DNA of 64,000 nucleotides, from positions 186,001-250,000 of the forward strand of contig NIVC01000841.1 of the NCBI GenBank assembly GCA_002269645.1, given 5' to 3'. Positions 28,601 to 41,886 of this stretch are shown piece after piece; within the stretch, counting starts at the first letter, position 1; the number at the start of each line of letters is the position of its first letter. This DNA is from Macrostomum lignano. Its lineage: Eukaryota. Below the pieces are notes generated by a model. It ran no database searches. It saw only the letters and a list, made by a program, of their open reading frames with translations, and had not been told where the DNA came from. The translations under genes and the position numbers were made by a program.

Positions 28601-31600
28601 AGATAGGACACCAATATCTAACAGATAGGACACCAATATCTAACAGTTAGGACACCAATATCTAACAGATAGGACACCAATATCTAACAGTTAGGACACC
28701 AATATCTTACAGATAGGCCGCCAGTATCTAACAGTTAGGGCGCAGAATTAGCCAATTATATTTTCCAATAAAAATTCTCACACCGTCAATACGGACAGGC
28801 CTATTTGTGGCATTCTATTTCCTGGTAACGGTCTCGTACGTGTGTACCACGACTCCTTACAACGCTCTGATAGCGGACAAGGCGCATCCCACCCAAAGAG
28901 GTCAGTTAAAAATAACTTGTGTTCATTTTGCAGTATGATTCCCAGCCATTCAAATACGCAATACTTTTTTTCAATTTATCGTCTTTTTTGAAGGCTTAAG
29001 CTCAGGCGTTATGGGCGGAATGATACTACTTGGCAACATCTCAGGGGCCGCGGTTGGAATCTCTTTGAATGTGAGTAGTATACAATGGTAGTAGTATATA
29101 ATGTCTAACTGATTGACAGATTAAAGTAAATTAATATTTCTAAACAGTTGAATGAGTTCATCTGACAGGTAAATGCGTCAATAAAACACGTGAAAGCTCT
29201 GGTTTTAACAGGTAAATATGCTTGTCTAACATGTTGATCGGTTCTATCTAACAGGTGAAGGCTAATGTCTAAAAGGTGATCGGTTCTATCTAACAGGTGA
29301 AGGCTAATGTCTAAAAGGTGATCGGTTCTATCTAACAGGTGATGGGTTCTATCTAACAGGTTGATCGGTTGTATCCAATAGGTGATCGGTTTTGTCTAAC
29401 AGGTGAAAGCTAATATCTAACAGGTTGATCAGTTCTGTCTAACAGATGAAAGCTAATATCTAACAGTGAAGGCTAATGTAAAAAAAGAAGACATATGCAT
29501 AACAATTAAAAATGCACATTAATATCTTAAATCTTAAGATACTTACTTAACATTGTACTTAACAATTAGGCTAGACAATAAAGAGTCTCAACATTTTAAC
29601 AATCCAATTCAGTCACTGGGAGTGCTCGGAATCTACATCCTGGTGATCTGCATCATGGGACTGTGTATCACCGTCACTGTGCTTTCGATTGACGAACCAC
29701 CGTCCAAGGACATCCACGAACCAATTAGTGAGCATGTATCATTAAATACTTCGATGTAAAACACTATTAATACAACTAACTATTGTTATTTTTATTATTG
29801 GTAATAGATTATTGTTTTTATTGCTTGTTCAGTAGTCCAATCGTAGAATTTAATTTACAGAACCAAATCTTGCCAATTACAGGACTCAAGGATGTTATTA
29901 TTGGATTTTGGCTGCCTCTTCTGGGTAAGACGCCAATAAAATGTTCCAAATCGTGGAGAAAATGCACCGCCTACAATATCTGCCTTTTAAATTTTCTTAT
30001 TCTAGAGCACGACTTTCGCTGGGTGTTCATCACTCGCTTCCTAATGCAACAGGGCCTATCAACCACTGTCGGGTAAATTAGGCACTTCTATTCGAAGTCA
30101 TTCTATATTTTGCAAGTCCAAAATTATATGAGCTCTGTTCTGTAGTAAAAAGTACTTTAAATACACCCGGTTAGATTCCTCGAGTACTGGCTAATCGATA
30201 TGGTGAATTTACCGCAGTGCTGGAACCCTGCCAAGGGTGTGTCGCTTCTGCTGATTCCTCTGCTGTGCACGGCTGCTCTGTCGTAAGATGATTTTTTACA
30301 CGAGTTATCGTACATTTTGTAGTTCAGCCGTCAACCCTTACCCTTCCCAGTGGAGTTTGAACCCTCTCAACCATAAAATATCAACCCCCTACCCTTTCCC
30401 GCAGAGTTTGAACCCCTCCCAGCCATAAAATATCAACCCCCTACCCTTTCCCGCGGAGTTGAACCCCTCTCAGCCATAAAACTTCAAGCCCTATCCTTTA
30501 CCGCGGATTTGAACCTCTCTCAGCCATAAAATATTAACCCCCTACCCTTTCCCGCGGAGTTTGACCCCTCTCAGCCATAAAATATCAACCCCCTACCCTT
30601 TCTCGCGGAGTTGAACCCCTCTCAGCCATAAAACTTCAAGCCCTATCCTTTACCGCGGATTTGAACCTCTCTCAGCCATAAAATTCAACCCATACCCTTT
30701 TCCGCGGAGTTAAACCCTCTCAACCATAAAACTTGAACCCCTAGGGGTTCCCCCCAGAGTTGAACCCCCTCAGCCATAAAATATCGACCCCTTATCCTTT
30801 CCCGCAGAGTTTGAACCCCCTCAGCCATAAAATATCGACCCCTTACCCTTTCCCGCGGAGTTGAACCCCTTTCAGCCATAAAATATCAAACCCCATCCGG
30901 ACTTGAAAACCAACACATCTCTCCACTCTCGGATTAAACAGTTCGATCTGTTGCGGCGTAATCTCTGACCGGATCGGTCGCCGCAAGCCATTAATCATTG
31001 CCGCCTCCATCCTGATGGGCATCTGCGCCGGACTTCTTGCTGGACTAAGGGGCCAGATGGCGTTCTACATTGCCACCGGCATAGCAGTGGTGTTTGGCAT
31101 CTCATTTGGCAGCTACCAGGCCGTGGATTTCGCCCTACTGATGGACGTGCTGCCCGAGGCGAAGGATAAATCGAGGGACATTGCTGTTTGGCAGCAGGTA
31201 TCCAGATATGAATAAAACAATCCATCAAGCCCTTGGCTATCTGAGTAGCTTATTTCCTTTTGAGACATTAAGCTCTGAGCGATTCTCCCTGAGACATTGG
31301 CGATTCTCTTTTAGAACTCTCGGTCATCCTCGAAGCAGTCAGGCCTCATTAAGTTCTCTTGATTAATCTCGTATTAACCTGTTCGACGGAAAGGCGAAAG
31401 GCGCCTGATGCTCGCGCACCATGGACTGTGCAGGTGCTGGTGCCCCTGGTGCTGGTGCCCCTTAGTGCTGGCGCCCCTTAGTGCTGGCGCCCCTTAGTGC
31501 TGGCGCCCCTTAGTGCTGGCGCCCCTTAGTGCTGGCGCCCCTTAGTGCTGGCGCCCCTTAGTGCTGGCGCCCCTTAGTGCTGGCGCCCCTTAGTGCTGGC

Positions 31601-32216
31601 GCCCCTTAGTGCTGGCGCCCCTTAGTGCTGGCGCCCCTTAGTGCTGGCGCCCCTTAGTGCTGGCGCCCCTTAGTGCTGGCGCCCCTTAGTGCTGGCGCCC
31701 CTTAGTGCTGGCGCCCCTTAGTGCTGGCGCCCCTTAGTGCTGGCGCCCCTTAGTGCTGGCGCCCCTTAGTGCTGGCGCCCCTTAGTGCTGGCGCCCCTGG
31801 TGCTGGCGCTCCTGGTGCTAAAGCCCCTGGTGCTAAAGCCCCTGGTGCTAAAGCCCCTGGTGCTAAAGCCCCTGGTGCTAAAGCCCCTGGTGCTAAAGCC
31901 CCTGGTGCTAAATCTCCTGAGGCTATAGCCCCCAAAGCTCAGTCAAAAATGGCAACCCCTGAAATGAATTGCGCCCTCTCCCCAAAAAGAGATACCCCCT
32001 CACAAATCCTCGCTAAACATTCCTCCGTCAATCAAACAACCGCAGGCTCTGGTGCTGCCCCAAGCTCTGGCCGTACCAGTTGGCGGAATCATTCTGGACA
32101 TATTCGAACGAATCGACTGCACTGCTGGACTGGGTTACATCATCCTGTTCTCCATCACGGCCACCTACTTTATTCTAGGCGGCGTTTTTGTTACCCGTAT
32201 TCGTCGGGCTAAGTAG
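25688..32216 (+). CDS. 12-TM major facilitator superfamily transporter (GPH/SLC45-sucrose-transporter-like motif A), about 538 aa, 14 exons
   Basis: Exons 25688-25767, 25895-26043, 27101-27287, 27392-27436, 27523-27577 (alternative acceptor 27490 also in frame), 27665-27827, 28799-28900, 28994-29070, 29613-29727, 29883-29924, 30006-30072, 30175-30282, 30942-31197, 32046-32216; phases all consistent (1617 nt). Motif A twice: GMISDRMTSRFGKRRP and GVISDRIGRRKP. Confidence 0.9.
26065..27060. repeat. 52-bp minisatellite (MFS intron 2), interrupted by a ~190-bp unrelated insert at ~26501-26691
   Basis: Unit CTAGAATAACCCTCTATCCCTTCCCCGATGAATGTACATAAACACTGCCCGC. Confidence 0.9.
27895..28740. repeat. 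22-bp minisatellite AGATAGGACACCAATATCTAAC (MFS intron 6)
   Basis: Direct reading. Confidence 0.95.
29160..29470. repeat. Degenerate ~21-bp repeat CTAACAGGTGATCGGTTCTAT (MFS intron 8)
   Basis: Direct reading. Confidence 0.8.
30335..30895. repeat. ~51-bp minisatellite CAGCCATAAAATATCAACCCCCTACCCTTTCCCGCGGAGTTGAACCCCTCT (MFS intron 12)
   Basis: Direct reading. Confidence 0.9.
31432..31915. repeat. 16-bp AGTGCTGGCGCCCCTT array grading into 15-bp GGTGCTAAAGCCCCT (MFS intron 13)
   Basis: Direct reading. Confidence 0.95.
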
Positions 32217-34850
32217 TACGGAGCGAACTAGATATACGAGGGCCATTTGAAAAGATCGGTTTTTTTTAAAAAGAACACCTAACACCGTAAGACTTTTCTT
32301 GGAACTATAATAGAATAGTTTGATAAAATTAGGTCACAAAAATCAACTGGATTTTGCTAAACACAAACGTTTATAGTCTATTTTGTTTGATCTTTTGCTG
32401 CAAATTGATTATATACAATCGTTTTGCTTTGTGATTTTTGTTTATCTTTAGTGAAAATATCAATTCATTTAGATTCTCAATTAATTTTTAATTCCGCTTA
32501 AGCGAGATAATATTTTACCAAGCTTGTAATTACTTTTCCTGGAGCAAAATTAAAATCAAGTCAGCATCTAAACCGTTGCTTTTTTAAACCCGATATATTT
32601 TTTAGTAATAAGGTTTCACTACTTTAAAAATGTTTCTAACTGGTTTGTCTTGTCTAACGTTACTTGAAGATAAATCTAGTTCTTTTAAAAATATCAACTA
32701 TATACATGAATTTAGACAAAAGCATCGCACAACAGCTAGCGCTTTTTTGTGGCTCCTTTTAATTGAATTGCTATTATTAATCAAACTGCATAGCTGTGAA
32801 TTTTTATCAAACGCTATTTTACTGGCATTATAATTGGTATTTGTTGTGCTCGATCTGTCTCCTGTCTCGTGAAGCATTTTTGTTACGCAGTAAAAACACT
32901 TAAATGTGTAATTGAAGATTTTTGTTTTTTTTGTTAGTGGCGAACATACATCATACACATATAGATGTAAACTCACAGTTTCACCCATACTGAAGCATGT
33001 TAAATTTGAATGAAGATCACGGAAACGTTGACAAAGAAATTCATTAGGAAGTTATAGTATAATACGTCACTGTGTTTGCCACTAACTTTCAGTCTATTAA
33101 TTAGCTTTACGTTCATGACGATGATTGATATTTTTATCGGTTTTCCCCTTTTTAACCAAGTTAAAGTTTTTCGTGTCTCTTTTGTGCTTTATTAACTATT
33201 GTCCTAATATGCGTCTTATTATTCCATGACACAAACAAATAATTATAGATATTATCTATAACCAGCTAGATATTCTTCGAATTGCGTACATGCACGTACA
33301 ATATTTGTGAACAATGCTTATAAAAGTCTGCATTACTCTAAAACTATTAACTAAGTGTATTTTTTGCAATAAAATATCTATCAATTATTGATTTAATTAT
33401 TCCGAGAAAAAATAAACAAAAAGTTGTATGTGTTATGCTCATTCCAAAAAAACAAAAATGGACTTTCATTTACCATTAATTTAAATGTAAATTAACGCAA
33501 GATAACGCTGTCTAATGTACATGTACAAGTACATGCACTTGTACCAATATAAACTATATGACTCGACGGGCAGCGTAACTCTGTAATTACGATCTATAAG
33601 ACAATATATAACACTTCAGTAAAAACTGTCACTTTCAAGACACAATCAACGGGTTTTTTACAATATCATTAATTATCGTGTTACATGCAAGTTATAACAA
33701 TGTTTTAAAGTTCGATGAATTGAAAAATAGAAATTATTGTTAATTTTGTATCAGAAGTTAGTTTTTAAAGACTATCATATGTCAGTTTTTTAATGTATTT
33801 GAACAGATTCACGCAGTCCCAAACTGTTTAAAAAATACCTTTCCATAAAGTTGAACTTCCTGCCCGTCTTATCGCCCGCGTCAGACACGGTATAATCAGA
33901 CTACTATTACTAACATAGCATTATCGTCTCGAATATGCAAATCAAATGCTTTTAAAGTCGTACCGAAAATTTTCGATGTTAACAGGGCTGCAATTTGTAT
34001 TCACTGGAACAAATTTGATGTCAAAATAATTCACCGAACATAAGTGTAGGATTGCCATTGCCGCAGGCAGATCTTTTGTTTTATTGACAAAATCATCTGT
34101 GATTAAAATTAGATTTTATTCTGTGTATTATTATGCATATACTTGTAGTCGATTGTGAATAATTATCTGTATTTTTTTATCTGTCATTAATATCTATCTA
34201 TACTATCTAAATAATAATAGCTATAAATTTCACTAGAACTAGAAGTCATAGAAGACTAGAAGAGATATATAAATAAAATAGTCATCAATGAAAATATTTA
34301 TATTATGGGTAAGCAAGTAATGGAAAGAAAATATCTTAATGTTTTTAAAGAAAAATGGGAAAATTGGAAGTATTTCAACAATATACTTGAAGAAGTCTAA
34401 AAACTTAACTAATATTAGGTTATTTATATTTTTTATGATAAAATGGCATGGCAATATAGCTATAGCAATAGTATAGGTAATAGCTTAATTTAAATATAGG
34501 AAATTGGGTTATATTATATAATTTTTTATTCATAGACTTTCTTTTAGATAAGTTTTATTTTTTTATATTTTAATATTGCACTAAGATTGTTTTAATGCAG
34601 GTTTTTTATGTTATAGTGTATAATATATCATTTTTATATCCTAAGTATACAGTAGATAGTGAGAGAAAAATAGTAATAAAAAATAATGATCATTGGATCA
34701 ATGCTTCTTGCATCCTAAATTACCTAGGAAACCAAATGGCACTATGATTCTTATGCCTGATATATTACTCAACTAATCAACCAAAATAACTATTATTAGC
34801 AAATTCAAAACTAACTTAATTTAAAATAAAATTGATGCAATAGTTCACCA

Positions 34851-37800
34851 ATGCATCAGTGCACAACAGTTCAAACAGCCTTGGTGGTTTGGCTGCTACT
34901 ATTAAAACTCATCCCTTGCATTGTTCAACAATCAAACCAAATCATGCCTCAGTTCATATTTTCGCCACCCTCGAAATTGCTTTTTAACTGGGATGATGTC
35001 TGGGAGGCTGGCTATCCCGACTCACTGGCTGTTCTTAGTGCAGATCATCGAATAACTGTACAAGTCAGTGTTGCTGGCAATTTTGGTGGAGGATTAAAGA
35101 TAATGTTGGCCTTCAGGTAGGCGCTGTTTGTGTCTAAATACGGCAATGTTTAAAGTTTTTTAGCTTTATATTCAAGGAATAAAAATATTGCATTGTTCGA
35201 AGCTTAAAAATTCCAAATATTCAGAGGTTACTATTACAACAGCAAAATTCCACACAACACTAAAAGACACAAACCCTCACAACACCAAAATACACAAACC
35301 TTTACAACACCGAAGGACACAAACCCTCACAACATCGAAGGACACAAACCGTCACAACACCAAAAGACACAAACCCTCACAACACCAAAGGACACAAGCC
35401 TTCACAACACCGAAAGACAAAAAACTTCACAACACCGAAGGACACAAACCCTCACATCACCAAAATACACAAACCCTCACATCACCGAAAGACACAAACC
35501 CTCACAACACCGAAAGACAGAAACCTTTCACAACACCGAAAGACACAAGCCCTCACAACACCGAAAGACACAAATTCTCACAACACCGAAGGGCACAAGC
35601 CTTCACAACACCGAAAGACACAAGCCCTCACATCACCGAAAGACACAAACCCTAACAACACCGAAAACACAAACCCTCACAACACCAAAGGACACAAGCC
35701 TTCACAACACCGAAGGACAAAAACCTTCACAACACCAAAGGACAAACCCTCACAACACTGATAGACATGAACCCTCACAAGACTGAAAGACACAAGCCTT
35801 CACAACACCGAAAGACACAAGCCCTCACATCACGAAAGACACAAACCCTAACAACACCGAAAACACAAACCCTCACAACACCGAAGGACACAAGCCTTCA
35901 CAACACCGAAGGACACAAACCCTCACAACACTGAAAGACATGAACCCTCACAACACTGAAAGACACAAGCCTTCACAACACCGAAGACAAAAACCTTCAC
36001 AACACCGAAGGACACAAGCCTTCACAACACCGAAAGACACAAACCCTTCCAACACCGAAAGACACAAAGCCTCACAACACCTAAAGACACAAACCTTCAC
36101 AACACCAAAGGACACAAACCTACAAAACACCGAAGGACACAAACCTACAAAACACCGAAAGACGAAAACCTTCACAGTACCAAATGACACAAACCTTTCA
36201 CAACACCGGAAGTGCCGAAAGCAACCTTTGAATAACTGTTGCAAAGTAGCGTTTTATTTTCAGATGCGCCGGCAAGTCAGTGGAGGAGCAGTTGGACCTA
36301 GACAGTTTGACAACCGCTAGTGTCACTGAGCAGTGCTCACAACCTGGCAGCATTGCGTTCAGCATTTCGAAACGTTTCCAAACTTCGACCCAGAGCACCG
36401 ATTCAGTGTTGACAAGCGATTTCATATTGAAAATGTCCACTAGTCGAGTCTCGTATGAGAATGTGTTCAAAGATTTCCTAGAATTTCGCATTCTAGTTCA
36501 ATACTCTGGCGGTGAGTTGCAGTCCAACTCGATGTCAGTGTGGAATCTCGATCCAATCAGTGCTTTCCCGGCTGTACCGCCTGTGACAGCTAAATATTCG
36601 AGTAGAAGTTTTCTAACTCAAAGTGCTATCAGTTTCTTGACTGGCAGGGAGTTTGCAGATGCCAGCAGTTCTATCAACGTATCAAGTCTTCAGTTTGTCG
36701 AGCCCAGCATGGTAGCTTTATTAGCCGCTGCTCCAGCCTTTTTAAGACAGCGGGTCAACTTGGGTGCACTGTTGAACTTCGATGCCAACGGTTGCAGTTA
36801 CGTGCAGTACGAACGGAGTACCATGTTTACTAGTTACGATTCGAAATTTGATTCAAGGCACACTTTGCTACAGAAACTGGTTCGATTAGATCTGAGCACC
36901 GGCTTATTGTGGTATTCAAAATGCAGATTAAGCAATGAGATTTATAACTTCTATCTGAGCAGAATGCCGGCTAGTATTGGACTGTGTCTGGTGGTGTCAG
37001 TCTCTGGTCAGATGCAGCCTTATTATCGAGTGAGTACTGTTCACGCCCGACTCATTAGTCCAACTGATTTCAACTATAAAAGTTGTACAACATCATCAGC
37101 ATCAAAAGTGTGCTCATTGGTGCCTAACACCTACTCTAACGTCACCGTATTTGCCGGTGCAGATTTCACCGCATTAGTCTGTCCCATTGTATGCGATGAT
37201 CCAACTATTGTTTATCGTTTCTATGCCAACGGCAGATTGTTGATACCGCCAACTGTGTCTGATTGGGATTCGGCTGTTGGTATTAGTGGAGTGAGAGTTG
37301 CCAGGGCTGCTAATATTATTGAGTTGTCACCGGATAGAGCTCCGTCTGGTGTCTATCGATGCACTGCTGGATCCAGGTGGGGCTTGCATGGCTTGTTTTC
37401 CTGTGCTTTCTACATGTAGTTTGAGTATATGTAGGTTTTGACTTAATTAAGCGTGATGGTAGGGGCAGTAGAACCACTAAAAAGTAGCAATACCCTTTAA
37501 TAAAGTACCACTAAAAGGTAGCGATACCCATTAATAAAGTGCCACTAAAAAGGTAGCAATACCATTAATAAAGTACCACTAAAAAGGTAGCAATACCCAT
37601 TAATGAAGTACCACTAAAAAGGTAGCAATACCCATTAATAAATTACCACTAAAAGGTAGCAATACCCATTAATAAAGTGCCACTGAAAAGGTAGCAATAC
37701 CCATTAATAAAGTACCACTAAAAAGGTAGCAATACCCATTAATAAATTACCACTAAAAGGTAGCAATACCCATTAATAAAGTGCCACTAAAAAGGTAGCG

Positions 37801-40800
37801 ATACCCATTAATAAAGTACCACTAAAAGGTAGCAATACCCATTAATAAAGTGCCACTAAAAAGGTAGCGATACCCATTAATAAAGTACCACTAAAAAGTA
37901 GCGATACCCATTAATAAAGTACCACTGAGAAGGTAACAATACCCTATAATAAAGTGCCACTAAAAAGGTAGAAATACCCCATTATATAAAGTACCACTGA
38001 AAAGATAGCAATACCAATAATAAAGTACAATTAAAAAGACAGCAATACCCATCGAAGACGCACCCTTTCCCCGTCTCTGCAGGTCATTCACCTTCAACGT
38101 GCTCATAGTCGCTGCCCCAAGTTTTGCCAAAACTGATTCTGGGTCTGCTGCCGCTGCTTCCCATCCGTTGCCAGGCAAAGTTTTAGCCATGGCTGGGGAG
38201 GTGGTGAGCTACACTTGTGCAGCTTCTTATGCTGGCCTGAGCTCCGTTAGGCTACAAGGCGTGTTTTATCTGGCGTCCAATACTTCAACTGGAGTTAGTT
38301 GGACCAGGCATAGCTTGTCGAGTTTTCAACAATTAGTTGGCATCTCTGCTAATGAGCTGACTGTAAGCTTGAATTCAACTGCAGTTGGATCAGATAGGTG
38401 AGATTTTGCTGCGTGGTAGACTGTGGTAGAGTAGCAAACTGCATTCTGTAGAGTAGAGTAGTAGAGTGAATTGGTAGATTCTTTGGTAGAGTATAAGGAT
38501 CACTTTTATAGTAGAATAAAAGAGTAGATTCTTAAGTAGAGTAAAATGGTAGTCTGTGGTAGTGTAGATAGGTAGATTATAAGGTAAATTACAGTGGTAG
38601 AATGTTTAGTAGAGTAGAAAAGTAGATTCCATGGTGCAGTAGAAGGGGTACATTTTATGTTAGAGTAGAAGGGTACAATGTAGATTCTTTTGTAGTGTAG
38701 ATGGATCTAGGGTAGAGTAGAAGGGTAGATTCTAGGGGTAGAGTAGAAGTTGGTAGACTCTAGGGTAGAGTAGAAGGGTAGATTCTAGGGGTAGAGTAGA
38801 AGTTGGTAGACTCTAGGGTAGAGTAGAAGGTAGAATCTAATTAATATCCCCCCGTCATTCCACACTGCAGGTCAGCCCAAACCCTGACGACAGTCCTGCA
38901 GCCGCCAGCATCGAGTCGCTTGAAACGCCCATTCGATCACAGATTTGTTTGCGAAGTTGGCGTCAATTCTAATGCCGAATTGGCCAATAAATTCGGTTTG
39001 AATTCGTCTCGGCTGTCAGCCCAGACTGGTTCGAATATTTTGTATCTAAGCCGGCCTAGTCGGGCAGATTTCATACCGGAAATCGATGAGAACAGCTGCT
39101 CGACTCAGCGCTGCTATGCAGGCAGAGGCGCCAAGTTCAAGTTTGGCTTCACAGCCAGTTACGGGGCCTATTTAAACCAAGCCGGTGTTGAAGTATTAGC
39201 CTATCTGAGGCTGGATAGTTTCTTACTAACTGACGTGACAGCCCTAATGCGTCAGAATGTATCCAGCCTCACCATCACGGCTAACAATGCCTCCCAGCAT
39301 AGTTTACTAATCTACGAGATTTTCCAATTCGATTCGGCTAACGCTTGGAGCGTTGAAGCTCGAAATGAATTGCAGAAACGAACCGCACTAACTGCCGTGT
39401 TCAATTTTCGATATAAAAGTTTGAGTAGTGAGTTAACTGGACTCAAACTGGATAAGAGTCGCTACGGTTCGCCAACTGTGGCTCTGGGCAGATTCGATTG
39501 CAGAGCTGACCCACTGTGCTTCTATTCTACCGATTTCGATGCTCAGAGTCCGCACGGATCGCTGAGCTTTTTAAGCGTACAGCTGGCTTTTCAGTGAGCT
39601 TCATTTCATATATATGGAATTTTCTTGCTACTCTACTTACAGTAAAAATAGTGAAATATTACACGTATAAAATTTATGATAGTAAATTTTTATTAACTAC
39701 GCTACTTACAGTAAAAATAGTGGAATATTACACGTATAAAATTAATGATAGTACGTTTTTATTAACTAATCTACTTACAGTAAAAATAGTGAAATATTAC
39801 GCGTATAAAATTAATGATAGTATATTTTTATTAACTACTCTACTTATAGTAAGAATACGAAGAAATTATGGTAAATATCTCTAACTATAAAAATCAAAAC
39901 TCTGTCTGTCTGTCTGTCTGTCTGTCTGTGTGTGGACAATTTTGATCGCTATGGACTCCCAAACCACTCAACCAAATTACACCAAACTTTACACCCACCC
40001 TAAACTTACTACGGAGAATGTCTTAGGCTACCTTTTAATTTCCTAGACTCAAGTCTTCCTACCTAAAAGTACAAAAAACTGCTCAAAATGCGCGATTTTT
40101 TCACTTAATCCTCCATAGCGCCGCTCCACTTCTACCGATTCTCTTCAAATTTGACACAGACAATTTTCAACTATTTTGACACAATCGTGTAAAATTTCAA
40201 ATCTCAAAGTTAATCCTGAAAGCCGCTGTGCACTTTTAAAGTTAGGCTGTTTTTTTCAGCGAGGCAGCCACCCCAACCTCCGCCCGCCTGCCTCTTTCCC
40301 GATCTGGGCAAAGGGTGTGAATAGGTTTTAAAATGCCTAACTTTCGGCTGCCATAGTTTTGCTCCACGTGAAGCGATTGACTTCATATTTGACACAATTC
40401 TTTATTGACTCATTCTCTGCCTACATGTAAAGTCTCAACTCTGTATCTCAATCAGGACAGAAACTGTAAGCATGTGAAGTTTGTCTGCTTTTTTCTGTTG
40501 TTTGTGCCACTCACTCACTCATTCCCCCAGAGCCAGACGAAGGGTCAGGCAATAGGACTGAATGTACATAGCGAATGTACAGTGTTTTGGAATAACTTTA
40601 TTTATAGCCTTCTCTGCACCCCCAGAGTGGAGAGGCTACGTTTAGCCATGACAGTTTAGTGAGAAATTCTAACCACTGCCCTCCCCTCTGTATTGGCAAA
40701 CTCTGCAGCAGTTTAACAGTGGATGGCAATTGGCAAATCGAGGGAATCCACTAACCAGCATGGTTTGTAAAAGCGAAAGATTTATGAAAAGGCGATGCGA

Positions 40801-41824
40801 TGCAATGAAATACATACAACCCTACTAAATTAGGCACACCATGGAAATTTTAGGTTTCGTTTAAAGGTACCGTGTAAATTTTAAATGGCCTTCTAAGAAA
40901 TGCGTATTTCCTTGGTTGTTAGACTGATGCAGACTGCAGTGGAGCTGAAGATACCCAAATTCCTTTCAGGGCTGCAAATTTGCAAGAAAAATGACTGACG
41001 TGATCAAAGCATGATAACAACCATGAGAGTACTACGTCTCACAAACTGGCTTTCCAAGCAGGGATGGGCAGACTTTTACCTCAAAGGCCAGATAAAGAAT
41101 CCAGCTCATGGCTGAGGGGCAGATGAGAGTGGAAAGAAGAAGGAATAGACGATTCGAAGAGAAGAGAAGCGAAAGAGGGGATAAAAGAAAAGATAAAAGA
41201 TAATAGGAGAGATGAGGGGGTGATGACGATGAGAGAGAGGGAGAGAAGAGGGGAGAGAGGAAAAGCGAAAGTAGAGAGTAGAGATGAGAGAGCAGAGAGC
41301 TGCAGATGAGAGGAGAGAGGAGACAGCAGAGAGGAGAGCAGAGAGGAAACAGGTGAAAGAAGAGATGAGAGAGTACAGGGAAGAGAGAAGAGATAAAGAT
41401 ACATCTCTACATCTCTAAGGTTGTAGAGATGAGAGGTGGAAGGAGAGATGAGAGATGAGAGATAACGGATAGAGGAGAGTGGAGTGAGAGAAGAGAGGGA
41501 GACAGAGTATAGAAAAGGGAAGAGAAGAGAAAAGAAGAAAGGAGAAAGGAAAGTGAGGAGTCAAAAGAGGGGAAAGAAAAAGAGTACAGAGGAGAGAGGT
41601 GAGAGAACATATAAGACAGAGATGCCAGATTAAAGAGGGGGATGAGAGAGCAGAGACGAGAGTGAACAGATAAAAGATGGGAGAGTAGAGAGAACAGAGG
41701 AGAGGTTACAGAGACGAGAGGAGAGAGGAGAGAGGAGAGACAAAAGTAGAGAAGTGAGTGAGGAGAGAGGAGAGGAAATAGGAGAATGGAGAGGGGAGAG
41801 AGTAGAGAGAGGAGGAGAGATAAC

Positions 41825-41886
<62 letters not shown>

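Noticed and set aside
32235-32254. Mariner-like TIR start TACGAGGGCCATTTGAAAAG
   Set aside because: No matching right TIR or transposase remnant found nearby.
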